Source: Thermoanaerobaculia bacterium | GTDB taxonomy: Bacteria; Acidobacteriota; Thermoanaerobaculia; UBA2201; DAOSWS01 | DNA length: 64,000 nt | Direction of reading: 5' to 3' | NCBI GenBank assembly: GCA_035593605.1 | Contig: DAOSWS010000018.1 | Coordinates: forward strand, 18,140-82,139 | Shown: positions 30,124-40,298 of the stretch, piece by piece | Layout: each line of letters opens with the position of its first letter | Position numbering within the stretch: position 1 is the stretch's first letter | Program-made: the position numbers and the translations under genes | The notes under the pieces: model-generated | What the model saw: the letters and a program-made list of their open reading frames with translations, nothing else | The model's database searches: none | What the model was told of the DNA's origin: nothing

Positions 30124-30867
30124 ATGAGATATCTGATCCTGTCCGACATCCATTCCAATATCCCGGCACTGAATGCTGTTCTGGAAAGTACGCGCAGGCA
30201 TTACTATAACCGCACCCTGATTCTTGGTGACCTCGTGGGGTATGGGGCAGACTGTAATGAAGTCGTGACAGCGGTTCGATTGCTGAAGGGGAAAAAACAG
30301 AGTGTGAGGGGAAATCACGACAAGGTTGCGGCTGGATTGGAACATGGGGCCTATTTTAATATTACCGCCCTTTCTGCCATAGCCTGGACACGACGCGCGT
30401 TATCCGCTGAAAACCTGACCTTTCTTAAGGCCGTTCCAAGGGGCCCTGCCTCCGTTTCCAAAGAGCTTCTCATCTGTCACGGAAGCCCCATGGATGAAGA
30501 TGAGTATCTCTTTACCGATTATGATGCGTATCGTGTTTTTCAAGCCTTTCCGCAGAGAATTATTCTTTTTGGACATACGCACATACCCATGGTGTTCAAC
30601 CTCAGCTCAGAGGGGATTTCCATTACGTTTCCCAGAGAGTCCACATTCCGGTTAAAGCTGGATCCCCATTCCCGTTACCTGATCAATCCCGGGAGTGTCG
30701 GACAGCCCAGGGATCGAAATCCAATGGCAGCCTTCGCGATTCTGGACGATAAGCGCAACAGCCTGATGATCCAGAGGGTTGCCTATCCTATTGCGACTGC
30801 CCAGAAGTCGATTCGCGATGCGGGCCTGCCCGATGTTCTGGCTCGAAGGCTCGAAGAGGGTGCCTGA
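30124..30867 (+). CDS. Calcineurin-like metallophosphoesterase
   Basis: 'ILSDIHSN', 'GDLVGYG', 'GNHD' and 'GHTH' metal-binding motifs. Confidence 0.8.
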   Translation: MRYLILSDIHSNIPALNAVLESTRRHYYNRTLILGDLVGYGADCNEVVTAVRLLKGKKQSVRGNHDKVAAGLEHGAYFNITALSAIAWTRRALSAENLTFLKAVPRGPASVSKELLICHGSPMDEDEYLFTDYDAYRVFQAFPQRIILFGHTHIPMVFNLSSEGISITFPRESTFRLKLDPHSRYLINPGSVGQPRDRNPMAAFAILDDKRNSLMIQRVAYPIATAQKSIRDAGLPDVLARRLEEGA

Positions 30868-31355
30868 TGGTCCTCACTATCCTGATGGCAGCCACCATGA
30901 TGACGTGGAGTACTTTTTCTGCAAGCTATCCGGAGTGGGCCCATTCCTGTCAATCCTATCAGCCGGAGCCCGAATCATGTGCCGCGCTTTCTCCTCTGGT
31001 CGAGAATCTTGAGGTGACCATCTACCTGGGCACCTGGTGCAGTGACTCGGAGCGGGAAGTTCCAAGAATCCTTGCGATTCTGTCCTGTGCCGGTTATCCG
31101 GTGGAGAATATCCCGATCCATCTTGTGGATCGGGACAAAGTCACCGAATCGGGGATGGTTCTGCCCAGAGTTCCTGTCGCAGATTTCATGAAAGATGGAG
31201 TTCTTTTTGCAAGGTTCATCGAACGGCCTGGAGGAAAACTGGACGAAGCCCTGCTCCAATTACTCAAAGAAGGAGGAGAACTATGGCCCGAATTCTCATC
31301 ACCCACCCCCTTCCCGGAGCAGGAACCGAAACCCTCGCGCAAAACCACACCCTGA
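30867..31355 (+). CDS. Thioredoxin-like protein with a WCxxS motif (putative)
   Basis: 'YLGTWCSDSE' motif with the thioredoxin-fold pattern. The 3' end overlaps the next gene by about 70 nt, so the stop is uncertain. Confidence 0.45.
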   Translation: MVLTILMAATMMTWSTFSASYPEWAHSCQSYQPEPESCAALSPLVENLEVTIYLGTWCSDSEREVPRILAILSCAGYPVENIPIHLVDRDKVTESGMVLPRVPVADFMKDGVLFARFIERPGGKLDEALLQLLKEGGELWPEFSSPTPFPEQEPKPSRKTTP

Positions 31356-32245
31356 CCATCCTGTCTCCTGCTGAACGTCAGCGTCTGGATTTTACAGGGT
31401 ACCTCCTGGATGTGGACGCCCTTATCTGTCTCCTTGCGGACACCATCGATCGAGAGGTGATTGAGAGTGCGCCCTCTTTGAAAATTATTGCGAACTATGC
31501 GGTTGGCTATAACAACATTGATATTGAATTTGCCCGGGAAAGACGCATCTGGGTGACCAATACGCCCGATGTTCTCACAGAAGCCACGGCTGATCTCACC
31601 CTCGCGCTGATTCTTGCCTGTGCCCGGAGAATTGTGGAGGGGGACGGTATGGTGCGGGCCGGACAGTTTTCCGGATGGCTTCCGGATCTTCTCCTGGGAA
31701 TGGAAATGAAGGGCAAAACCCTTGGAATCGCCGGCATGGGGCGGATCGGACAGGCGGTGGCTCGAAGGGCAAGGGGGTTTGGCCTGTCGATTGTCTATTT
31801 TAACCGGGCCCGTCTCGATCCTTCCGCGGAAAAAGAACTGCAGGTCCGCTACCTGCCTCTCCCCGAACTCCTGTCAACCTGCGATATTCTGTCCCTGCAT
31901 CTCCCCCTGACACCGGAGACGTACCACCTCGTCGACGGTATGGCTCTGCGCAGGATGAAAGGGGGATCCATTCTGATTAACACATCACGGGGCCCCGTTG
32001 TGGATGAAGCCGAACTGGTCAGGGTACTGAATTCAGGTCACCTTCGAGCTGCGGGCCTGGATGTCTATGAAGAAGAGCCCCGGTTATTTCCGGGCCTGAC
32101 AGGACTGGACAATGTTGTTCTGCTTCCCCATCTGGGGAGTGCAACACTGGAGACGAGAACCGCGATGGCCGACCTGGCCTGTGAAAATGTTCGGAGGGTG
32201 CTGGCGGGGAGCGAGCCCGTTACGCCCGTCTTCCCCTTGCATTAG
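31283..32245 (+). CDS. D-isomer-specific 2-hydroxyacid dehydrogenase (glyoxylate/hydroxypyruvate reductase-like)
   Basis: NAD-binding 'GIAGMGRIG' and catalytic 'NTSRGPVVDE'. Confidence 0.85.
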   Translation: MARILITHPLPGAGTETLAQNHTLTILSPAERQRLDFTGYLLDVDALICLLADTIDREVIESAPSLKIIANYAVGYNNIDIEFARERRIWVTNTPDVLTEATADLTLALILACARRIVEGDGMVRAGQFSGWLPDLLLGMEMKGKTLGIAGMGRIGQAVARRARGFGLSIVYFNRARLDPSAEKELQVRYLPLPELLSTCDILSLHLPLTPETYHLVDGMALRRMKGGSILINTSRGPVVDEAELVRVLNSGHLRAAGLDVYEEEPRLFPGLTGLDNVVLLPHLGSATLETRTAMADLACENVRRVLAGSEPVTPVFPLH

Positions 32246-32298
32246 AACCCAAAGTGTGGTACAAAACATAAACACTACAAACTTCAAGGAGGAGTTAT

Positions 32299-33615
32299 AT
32301 GAGGAAAGTTCTCTTTCTGGTCGCCATGATGGGGCTTGTGGCTGCAGTAGCATTGGCGGCGACCCCCTTTAGGACCGCCCCCGGTACCGAGGTATTTATT
32401 CCTTCGGCCGCCCACGCACCCGGTGCTGCCGGAACCTTCTGGCGGACCGATGTTCGCATCTTCAACAACGGCTCGGCTCTCGCCAATGTCACCGCCTATG
32501 ACCTCGTAAGGAATGCGGACAACTCCGCAGCCCACACGGCTTCCTTTACAGTTCCCGCCGGTGGCTCGGTTAACTACGAAGACGTTTATGTTTCCCTGTT
32601 CGAGTACGATGATGCCGGCATCTTTGCTGGTGGCATCCGCTTCATGTCGGACCAGGCCATCGTGGTTGCCTCCAAAACATTTACCCCCAAGAATATTGAA
32701 GATCTTACAGAGGGAACCTACGGTCAGTACATCGCCGGTGTGCCGATTGAGAACTTTGTGGCTCCCTCCAGCCGCGCCATGGCCTATACGGACCTTCTCT
32801 TTGTGGACGACATCGCCAACACCTATCGCACGAACTTCGGTCTCGTGAATGGTGTGGGAACCACGACAAGCGTGACGATGGCCATGTATGATGAAAACAA
32901 CAACATGGTGGGTTCCGCCGTGAATGTCGACCTTCTGCCGTACGAAGCGAAACAGTGGAATGTTACCGAACAGGGATGGGCCGGTGTGACCAATGGCCGC
33001 CTTCGCCTTACCGCGAACAGCGGCAAATTTGCCGGCTTTGTCACCAATGTCAACTACGGAACCGGCGACGGTATCTATGTGGATGGCACGAACACGACCG
33101 GTGGCGGCGGCACGACGCCTCCTCCGGTGACCGGACAGCCCTCCGGCTGGTACCAGGGCGGCGTACTCTATTACGATCCCGCCGATGATTACTGGTATCC
33201 GATGGGTCCCTGGGAATTCAATGTGAACGTGACGGACACTGCCGCCACGATCACCGACATCAACACCTTCAACTGGGTCTTCCGTACGGACGGCTATCTC
33301 TCCACCTGGGGCGTTGCCCTCCGCGGCGTCTCCACCGGCAACGAAGATGCCCTGATGTCACCGATCACCCTTCCCGATGTGGGTGCCACCGCCAACGCAA
33401 CAGTGAAGTTCAGAGTGACTTCGACGACCGATGCGGCCAACTACTGTGACTATGCCCAGGTATGGGAGTTCACGGGTCTGGCTCCAATGGGATTCGAGTA
33501 CTACCTGACCGAAACCCGTGTATGCAAGGGTGCCTGGTCCGTTCTCGGCGGCCTCCAGCAGGAATGGCTCGGCTGGGCCGGCGTGACCGACAGTCCCTTC
33601 CTCTGGGGCTATTAA
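32299..33615 (+). CDS. Secreted hypothetical protein with internal Gly/Thr/Pro linker
   Basis: Signal peptide; RBS 'aaggagg'; low-complexity 'GTNTTGGGGTTPPPVTGQPSG' linker; Trp/Tyr-rich C-terminus. Confidence 0.55.
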   Translation: MRKVLFLVAMMGLVAAVALAATPFRTAPGTEVFIPSAAHAPGAAGTFWRTDVRIFNNGSALANVTAYDLVRNADNSAAHTASFTVPAGGSVNYEDVYVSLFEYDDAGIFAGGIRFMSDQAIVVASKTFTPKNIEDLTEGTYGQYIAGVPIENFVAPSSRAMAYTDLLFVDDIANTYRTNFGLVNGVGTTTSVTMAMYDENNNMVGSAVNVDLLPYEAKQWNVTEQGWAGVTNGRLRLTANSGKFAGFVTNVNYGTGDGIYVDGTNTTGGGGTTPPPVTGQPSGWYQGGVLYYDPADDYWYPMGPWEFNVNVTDTAATITDINTFNWVFRTDGYLSTWGVALRGVSTGNEDALMSPITLPDVGATANATVKFRVTSTTDAANYCDYAQVWEFTGLAPMGFEYYLTETRVCKGAWSVLGGLQQEWLGWAGVTDSPFLWGY

Positions 33616-33636
33616 TCAACGCATTTGATGTCAATC

Positions 33637-33680
33637 GGGGAGCCGTGAGGCTCCCCGTTTTTTTTGTTTTTTTCAACAGA
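33637..33680. terminator. Rho-independent terminator between convergent genes
   Basis: GGGGAGCC-GTGA-GGCTCCCC hairpin followed by T-rich run TTTTTTTGTTTTTTT. Confidence 0.75.
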
Positions 33681-33712
33681 AAATCTTATTATGGAAGAGA
33701 TTGGTTGTGGGA

Positions 33713-36067
33713 TTATTGGTTCAGCAGGGTTCGAACTTTACGCAGGACCATATGTGCGGGCAGGGATTCCATGAAGCGCCGGAGAGCGGGTTGAGATTCG
33801 TGGAAGGTGATCCGGGTACGGCGAGAACCATGCAGAGTTGTGTAGCGTTCACATGAAACCAGGTCCGGGTGTGGGGGGGTGAGGGAAAAGACATACCCGG
33901 CGACCCTCCTGGAAAGGGGAGGCGATCCTGGAGACAGGGGGGTGATCGAGCGAATCTCTATTCCCTCTACAGCAGGTACGGATTCGAATCTCACTTCATC
34001 TACATATTCCGGGCAAAAAATTTCGAAACACTCATCCTTGCTTTCGACACCCACAGGAAGAGCCATCGTGCTTTGAACCCTGGGCATGGGATGGAATTTC
34101 CCGGCATAGATAAGAGGAATACCTGCTATGGTCAGGAGACGGAGGATAAAATTCTGATAGTCCCGATAAGGAAGGAGGGAGGCACGGCCTCGCCGTGTGA
34201 TCCGGAGAAGGTATCGAAAGACTTCAGGATGGTTATGGATGGATTGGGTTGGACTGACTTCCTTTGTTTGCGTTTTAGGTTGGGGCTGTGTGTCTTCCGC
34301 GAGTACGTTGTCTTCCGGCATGCCGGGAATTCCGCAACCAAGACAGCCGAATCGGCAATCGTCGGAGACGATCGCCTCGGATGCCCTGCGAGCCTCACGA
34401 AGGAGAAACTCCCTGGAGATACCCGGATCGATCACCTCCTCCCATGGGAGTGGATCCCCGATCTGCCACCCTTCAAACCATTCCTTCTGCCGGTCGTCCA
34501 TATACTGTGACCACAGATCTCCCCTGAAACGGTCACTCCATGCATCAAAGATCGCACCGGAACGATACGCCGACAGGAGCTGATTCCATACGGAGCGATC
34601 TCCTCGAGCCAGAAGAGCTTCCACCGCACTCAAGCGAGGGTCCACGGTCTTGACCTGAATTCTGGAGCCTCTACAGCTCTCTCGAAGAATCTGCTGTCTC
34701 TGCTGGATCAAGGATTCTCCCGCGAAGGGAAACCACTGGAAGGGTGTCCAGGGCTTTGGTATGAAATTCCCCGCATGGACGACAATTTCCTTGAGACCCA
34801 GGCGAGAGGCCCGGCGGACCAGGCCACCGATGGCGGCTATGTCATCCTCGGTCTCCGTGGGAAGTCCCAGCATGAAGTAGAGCTTGATCCTTCTCCACCC
34901 TCGACTTCGCGCAAGCTCCAGGGAGTTGAGAATCTGTTCATCGGTAAAGGGTTTGTTAATCACCCGTCGAAGTCGTTCACTCCCTGCTTCCGGAGCAAGG
35001 GTGAGACCCCCCCGGCGGCCGTCGGCCAGTGTGGTCAGAAGATCAAGATAGAGGGAGTCCAGACGGGAAGATGGGATCGAGAGGCCAATCGAAAGAGGTT
35101 GAAGATATTCCATGGCCTCTTTCGTGATCTCCCCGATTTTTGAATGGTCGGTAGTCGAAAGACTCAGCAGGCCCACCTCGGCCGATCCGGTGGATTTGAC
35201 TCCCTTCACGATGGCATCCGAAATGGCGGAGACATTGCGCTCTCGGAGAGGGCGATACCAGTATCCGGCCTGGCAGTAACGACAACCCCGGGAACAGCCG
35301 CGCATGATTTCGACAGTGTACCGGTCGTGAATCAGGGAACTTGCGCTGACCAGAGTGGATGTGGGAACGGAAGATAGATTCAGATCCTTAAAAAAGACCC
35401 TGCGGACCGGTGTGCGGGAGATGCCGGGGACGTACCATCCATCAAGCTCGCTGATTCTTTTGAGCTGATCCTGTCGAGATGAAGGAGAGTTTTCCGTCAG
35501 GGAGGAGAGAAACCGGGGCCAGAGGATCTCACCATCCCCGATGGCAAATGCATCGATCGATGGTTCAAGGGGGAGGGGGTTGGCTGTACAGGCCCCACCG
35601 GCAACCACAAGAGGATGGCGGGAATTTCGTTCACGGGCCAGAATGGGGATTCCCGCGATCTCCAGGGTGAAGAGGACATTGGTGTAGGTAAGCTCGGACA
35701 TGAGGGAAAAGGCCAGGACATCCATGGATGCCAGGGGTGTGCGGGATTCGATGGTGACAGGTGGATTCGAGGAGGACCGGAGGAGCTCTGCCATGTCTGG
35801 CCACGGTGTAAAGGCCCGTTCCACCCAGATGTCGGGGATACGGTTGCCCAGCTCGTAAAGAACCTGGAGTCCGTGATGGGACATTCCCATTTCGTAGGTG
35901 TCGGGAAAGAGAAGCGCTACACGCCGCATCGCAGGTGCAGGGGTTTTCATAATGGTATTTAATTCAACCGGAAGGTAGCGAAAGGGTTTTTCGACCTTCA
36001 GCAGGGTGCGCAGCATCTCCCGCTCCCGGACAGGTCGGGTATTTTTCCCTGGTTTACTGGATGTCAT
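33713..36067 (-). CDS. B12-binding-domain radical SAM protein (TIGR03960-like) fused to a C-terminal DUF2344/TIGR03936-like domain
   Basis: Radical SAM cluster 'CSRGCRYCQAG'; N-terminal B12-binding-like region; long C-terminal extension. Family assignment is from memory. Confidence 0.6.
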   Translation of the reverse strand: MTSSKPGKNTRPVREREMLRTLLKVEKPFRYLPVELNTIMKTPAPAMRRVALLFPDTYEMGMSHHGLQVLYELGNRIPDIWVERAFTPWPDMAELLRSSSNPPVTIESRTPLASMDVLAFSLMSELTYTNVLFTLEIAGIPILARERNSRHPLVVAGGACTANPLPLEPSIDAFAIGDGEILWPRFLSSLTENSPSSRQDQLKRISELDGWYVPGISRTPVRRVFFKDLNLSSVPTSTLVSASSLIHDRYTVEIMRGCSRGCRYCQAGYWYRPLRERNVSAISDAIVKGVKSTGSAEVGLLSLSTTDHSKIGEITKEAMEYLQPLSIGLSIPSSRLDSLYLDLLTTLADGRRGGLTLAPEAGSERLRRVINKPFTDEQILNSLELARSRGWRRIKLYFMLGLPTETEDDIAAIGGLVRRASRLGLKEIVVHAGNFIPKPWTPFQWFPFAGESLIQQRQQILRESCRGSRIQVKTVDPRLSAVEALLARGDRSVWNQLLSAYRSGAIFDAWSDRFRGDLWSQYMDDRQKEWFEGWQIGDPLPWEEVIDPGISREFLLREARRASEAIVSDDCRFGCLGCGIPGMPEDNVLAEDTQPQPKTQTKEVSPTQSIHNHPEVFRYLLRITRRGRASLLPYRDYQNFILRLLTIAGIPLIYAGKFHPMPRVQSTMALPVGVESKDECFEIFCPEYVDEVRFESVPAVEGIEIRSITPLSPGSPPLSRRVAGYVFSLTPPHPDLVSCERYTTLHGSRRTRITFHESQPALRRFMESLPAHMVLRKVRTLLNQ

Positions 36068-36095
36068 CGAGAGTGCTTCAGGTTCGGAACCTTCC

Positions 36096-37919
36096 TCAAC
36101 GCCAGCGCCAGACGCCGGGTCTCCGGGGGCGGTTTGCCTGCTTTTCTGTCACATAGACGACTTCCCGATCACCGGAGGGTCCACCGGGAGCCACCATGCT
36201 CTTTTTGGCCTGATGCTCAATCCGGAAGGACTCTTCTGCGGCTCGAATCACTTCCGGCCGCAATCCTTCCCTGGCAATCTCTTCTGTCCAATCCCTTCGA
36301 CCCTTGATGAGATCCACGATATAGTGTGCAATCTGCTCGTCGCTGTAGAGCTTGTGGACATCCCAATCCGAAAGCTCCCGTCCTTCACAGGCCACGATGG
36401 ACCGGGTTCCAAGGATACCCGTTTCGTAACGGTTGGAACCGCGAAGGTCTCCCCTCTGGATGGCCGACATGAGGGACAGCGGAACACGCTCCGTCTTTCG
36501 AATCAGTCGTTTTCGCTTTTGCCCGCCCTCGTCGGTCATCTCTATGATTTCGCCCATCCCTCCGGTGTTGTACTGGAAAAATTTCACTTTTCCGGGGTGA
36601 GCCTGGGATAATCCCATGACAATATCGTAGAATCGGTTGACCTTGTGAGCGCGCGAACCGATGATAAAGTCATCGGTTCCGACGATCCGGACTGATTCTC
36701 CGGCCTTTGCCGGATTGGTGGCGAAGCTGTGGGTCGATTCACCCCAGAGATAGGCCAGAACGCCCTGCTCGGGTGTCAGTTCCTGAGCAAAGGACATGAT
36801 CGTGTTCCTGCGGGTGATGAAGGCGAAGTAAAGTCCGTCCAGTTCGGAAAGAGGGGGCAGATTGACAGAATCTGCTGAAATGGAAACCAGCTTTCCGTCT
36901 CTCAACACCCTGAGCTTGTCCCGCATCACAATTCCGCGGCCGTTGGCGCAGAGTTCTTCGTCCAGAAAGTCCACCGAACCATCGGCTTTGATCATGACGT
37001 TTTCCAGGAGAGCCGACCGATCGGTTAGAGCGTAGTACATGGCTTCCTGCTGTTCTTTGCGTATGTCTGTCTTTACGTAGAAGCCATTTTCCGATCCCAG
37101 GGCCGAACCATCGGGTCTGAGAAAGACGATATCATCCTGAGCGACATCGACCTTTTCTCCCCTGTCAGGATCCAGACCCAGCTGGTGGCATGACCACGTC
37201 GATTTGCCCGTGGCCGTCAGTCCAAACAAAAAGACGCCGTACCGCTTCAGTTTTCCCGTCTCCGTGTCAACTACCGTACACATTTTGGTACCCGCGTGCA
37301 GACCCAGCATCCCCTGTTGCTCCGATAGCCACATGGCCTGGCGCAGAAAGCCCTTTTTATCTTCTCCCATATAGTCGGTACCCAGGGCAATATTGATGTT
37401 GTATTCGGGAATGGATAGAATCTGCTGACGGATCTGATGTTCTTCAGGGATGTGAATCATCGTGATCCGTGGGCCCGGTCTGCCGGCGGGCTTGAACATC
37501 GTGTGACCCCACATGTATCCGAGACGGTAATTTTTAGGGTCGGCGCAGCAGACATAGAGGTCGCAGGTGGGGTTGAAGTGATCGTTGTTTCCCATCTGTC
37601 TCTGCAGATGATAAAAGGGAAGGGTCTTCAGGAAGTGAAGCACCTTGGCCAGCTCTTCCGGAGCGCTTTCCACAAGGCGATTTTGAAAATCAGAGGGATT
37701 GGGAAGCTGCACCCGGTCACTTCCAAGATATACGGTCTTTGCCGCAAGTCGATTTGAAATAAAGGAACGCCATCCATAGGATCCAAAGGATGTCTTGTGT
37801 CCATATTCACGGGCCTTCGATTCCAATCCTCCCAGATCGAGGTGCCGAATCGTTGGGCTCTTGAGGTGGGCCTCAAGGTCTTCCGCAAACTTTTTGAGGT
37901 AGCTAGTGTCCTGGCTCAT
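36096..37919 (-). CDS. pckA: Phosphoenolpyruvate carboxykinase (ATP-type)
   Basis: Kinase-1a P-loop 'FGLTATGKST', matching the ATP-dependent PEPCK 'GLSGTGKTT' consensus. Confidence 0.8.
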   Translation of the reverse strand: MSQDTSYLKKFAEDLEAHLKSPTIRHLDLGGLESKAREYGHKTSFGSYGWRSFISNRLAAKTVYLGSDRVQLPNPSDFQNRLVESAPEELAKVLHFLKTLPFYHLQRQMGNNDHFNPTCDLYVCCADPKNYRLGYMWGHTMFKPAGRPGPRITMIHIPEEHQIRQQILSIPEYNINIALGTDYMGEDKKGFLRQAMWLSEQQGMLGLHAGTKMCTVVDTETGKLKRYGVFLFGLTATGKSTWSCHQLGLDPDRGEKVDVAQDDIVFLRPDGSALGSENGFYVKTDIRKEQQEAMYYALTDRSALLENVMIKADGSVDFLDEELCANGRGIVMRDKLRVLRDGKLVSISADSVNLPPLSELDGLYFAFITRRNTIMSFAQELTPEQGVLAYLWGESTHSFATNPAKAGESVRIVGTDDFIIGSRAHKVNRFYDIVMGLSQAHPGKVKFFQYNTGGMGEIIEMTDEGGQKRKRLIRKTERVPLSLMSAIQRGDLRGSNRYETGILGTRSIVACEGRELSDWDVHKLYSDEQIAHYIVDLIKGRRDWTEEIAREGLRPEVIRAAEESFRIEHQAKKSMVAPGGPSGDREVVYVTEKQANRPRRPGVWRWR

Positions 37920-37921
37920 GG

Positions 37922-40276
37922 TTATTCTCCCTCCGCGATGATCTGACGGATTTTTCTGGCCACCTCCGTTGGTGTGAGACGGGTCGTGTTCACCCGGTAG
38001 CAGCGGGATGTGCGGAACAGTTTCTTGAAGGAACGGGTCTGATGATCAAGATGCTCGGAGTCGGAAAAGAAAAAGTATGGATTGTAAAAGGGTTGACTTC
38101 TCGTAGATTCAGGTTCCCGGCTCACTCCATAGGCCTGTCCTGTTTCCAGAATCCGCACGGCTTCCTCGGGCTGAAGGGGTTCGAACGGTGAACTCAGCGG
38201 GTCCGCCGTCAGGAGAAATGTATGGCGGATATCAATTCGCTTGACGTGTTTCTGCATGCCGCCCAGCCAGTATGGATCGAGCATGGCGTGTGCCCTAGAT
38301 GAGGCTTTGTAACAATAGGGTGATCCCCGGTCCAGGCGGCAGTCTTCCAGGGCAAGGCAGGCGGAGTTTGAGCAGTCCTCCTTTTTCATGACCACGTTTT
38401 CACACTTTGAGCGGTCAAAGAGCCGGGGAAGGGGGGAGTAGAGCTCGGCCGAAGCCGTGGGCATATAGATTTTTCTTTCCGGGTTGTCGGCAAGGGCAAA
38501 CCCGCCGCCGTACCGCACAAAAAGCATGTCGCTGGAGTGAAACAACGTTCCGGCATTTCCAAGGAGGTTAAAGAAGATTTCGGATTTATGGGTTCCCTTT
38601 GGCCCGATCAGGAGAACACCCCAGCCATCCATGTCCAGGGACATACCTCGAACCGCATGGGTGTCAAAGAGACGTTCGGAAACATCGGAAACCAGGCCGA
38701 GGGCCAGACGGCGAAGACTTCCATAATGGTCAGTATTAAAAAGGATTCCGGTCTTTGCATCGGAGCAGTAAAAGGCGTGGGGTTCTCTCCCCGTGACGCC
38801 GTCCACCGCATAGATGATACCGTGGGGTTCAATGTCGGCTTCCAGTTGAGCTGGATACCAGTTTTCCGTCCAGAAATCGACCAGATGCCCGATATTGGTT
38901 CGCAGCTGAACCAGCACGCCGTTGATGTTGGCATTCCATTCAAAGTATTGGTCGTGACTCAGGTGGGCTTCTGCTTCCGCCACCAGCGCATTTCTTCGCT
39001 CCCGCTCCACGCGGGTGTCGAGGGGAACCTGTTTTTGAACCCTGGTTCCCGTGTTGGCCAGGCGGAGTTTCTTTACCTTTCGCGGTGTTTTCAGGGCACC
39101 CAGTGCCTGAACCATGTGATCCATCCCGCGCTCGATATTCTCCATCGAGGTTGCATAGGAAATCCGGATAAACTCATCGGAGCCGAATGCGGCTCCGGGA
39201 ACCAGGGCAATACCCGCGTGCTTCAACAGGTAATAGGCCATCCCGTAGGAGTTGCGGATGAGCGTGCCTTCGAATTCCCTGTCGAAGTAGGATGAAACAT
39301 TGGGAAAACAGTAGAAGGCGCCGTCCGGTTTCGGGCAGGAAACCCCCGGAATGGTTCCCAGCCTGTAAAGGAGATAGTTCCGACGCTTCTGGAATTCCTG
39401 AAGCATCCGGGAAACCTCATGCTGGGGTCCCTTAAGAGCCTCAACCCCTGCCTTTTGAGCGATGGAGGTGGCATTTGAGGTACTGTGGCTCTGGATCTTG
39501 GCCATGGCACTGATCAGGTCGGCAGGGCCCATGGCAAACCCGATTCTCCAGCCGGTCATGGCATAGGCTTTGGAAATTCCGTCGACGGCTAGAACCCTGG
39601 ATCGCAGTTTCTCCCGAACCGCAGGGAACGACGTGAAGGAAAAATCATCGTAGACCAGTTTTTTATAAATCTCATCGGTGATCACGAAAAGGTCTTCTTC
39701 TAATACGATGTCCGCAAGTGCCTCAAGTTCCAGCCTGCTGTATGCCGCTCCCGTTGGATTGGAAGGATTATTGAGAATCAGGACCTTGGTCCGGGCAGTA
39801 ATTGCAGCACGAAGTTGCCGGGGCGTGATCCGGAAATGGTTCTCTTCCTTTGCCTGAAGGATGACGGGAACTCCCCCGGCAAGGTTCACCATCTCCGGGT
39901 ATGAAACCCAGTAGGGAGCCGGAATGATAACCTCGTCCCCTTCGTTTACCAGCGCCATAATGGCGTTGTAAAGGGCATGTTTTGCCCCGCAGGATACAAG
40001 AATTTCCGCGGGTGTGTAGGAGAGGCCATGGTCCTCCCGGATGCGCTGGATGATGGCCGATTTCAGTTCTGGGATCCCGTCACTGGCTGTGTAGCGTGTA
40101 AAATTCTCGTCAATCGCCCGCTTTCCGGCTGCCTTGATCGCTTCCGGAGTGGGAAAATCGGGTTCCCCCACGCTCAGATCGATGACATCGATTCCTTCAG
40201 CCTTCATGGCTTTTGCCTTGGCTGTAATTCTCAAGGTTGGCGACGCACCGATTTTTTTAACTCTGTCCGATATCAC
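37922..40276 (-). CDS. Fusion protein: class I/II (AspC-like) PLP aminotransferase N-terminal half plus HprK-like P-loop kinase C-terminal half
   Basis: N-terminal roughly 395 aa has the aminotransferase pattern (SVGEPDFPTP … NNPSNPTG). C-terminal roughly 390 aa has 'GVLLIGPKGTHKSE', resembling the HPr kinase Walker A 'GVLITGDSGVGKSE'. Confidence 0.6.
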   Translation of the reverse strand: MISDRVKKIGASPTLRITAKAKAMKAEGIDVIDLSVGEPDFPTPEAIKAAGKRAIDENFTRYTASDGIPELKSAIIQRIREDHGLSYTPAEILVSCGAKHALYNAIMALVNEGDEVIIPAPYWVSYPEMVNLAGGVPVILQAKEENHFRITPRQLRAAITARTKVLILNNPSNPTGAAYSRLELEALADIVLEEDLFVITDEIYKKLVYDDFSFTSFPAVREKLRSRVLAVDGISKAYAMTGWRIGFAMGPADLISAMAKIQSHSTSNATSIAQKAGVEALKGPQHEVSRMLQEFQKRRNYLLYRLGTIPGVSCPKPDGAFYCFPNVSSYFDREFEGTLIRNSYGMAYYLLKHAGIALVPGAAFGSDEFIRISYATSMENIERGMDHMVQALGALKTPRKVKKLRLANTGTRVQKQVPLDTRVERERRNALVAEAEAHLSHDQYFEWNANINGVLVQLRTNIGHLVDFWTENWYPAQLEADIEPHGIIYAVDGVTGREPHAFYCSDAKTGILFNTDHYGSLRRLALGLVSDVSERLFDTHAVRGMSLDMDGWGVLLIGPKGTHKSEIFFNLLGNAGTLFHSSDMLFVRYGGGFALADNPERKIYMPTASAELYSPLPRLFDRSKCENVVMKKEDCSNSACLALEDCRLDRGSPYCYKASSRAHAMLDPYWLGGMQKHVKRIDIRHTFLLTADPLSSPFEPLQPEEAVRILETGQAYGVSREPESTRSQPFYNPYFFFSDSEHLDHQTRSFKKLFRTSRCYRVNTTRLTPTEVARKIRQIIAEGE

Positions 40277-40298
40277 AGTTCACCTCGGGGGTAACGTC

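Noticed and set aside
33720-33735. GGTTCGAAC T-loop-like motif
   Set aside because: No surrounding cloverleaf (no acceptor or anticodon stems). It lies inside the radical SAM coding sequence.
33869-34510. 213-aa plus-strand ORF
   Set aside because: Antisense to the radical SAM gene. No RBS or motifs.
38537-39295. 252-aa plus-strand ORF
   Set aside because: Antisense to the aminotransferase-kinase fusion gene.
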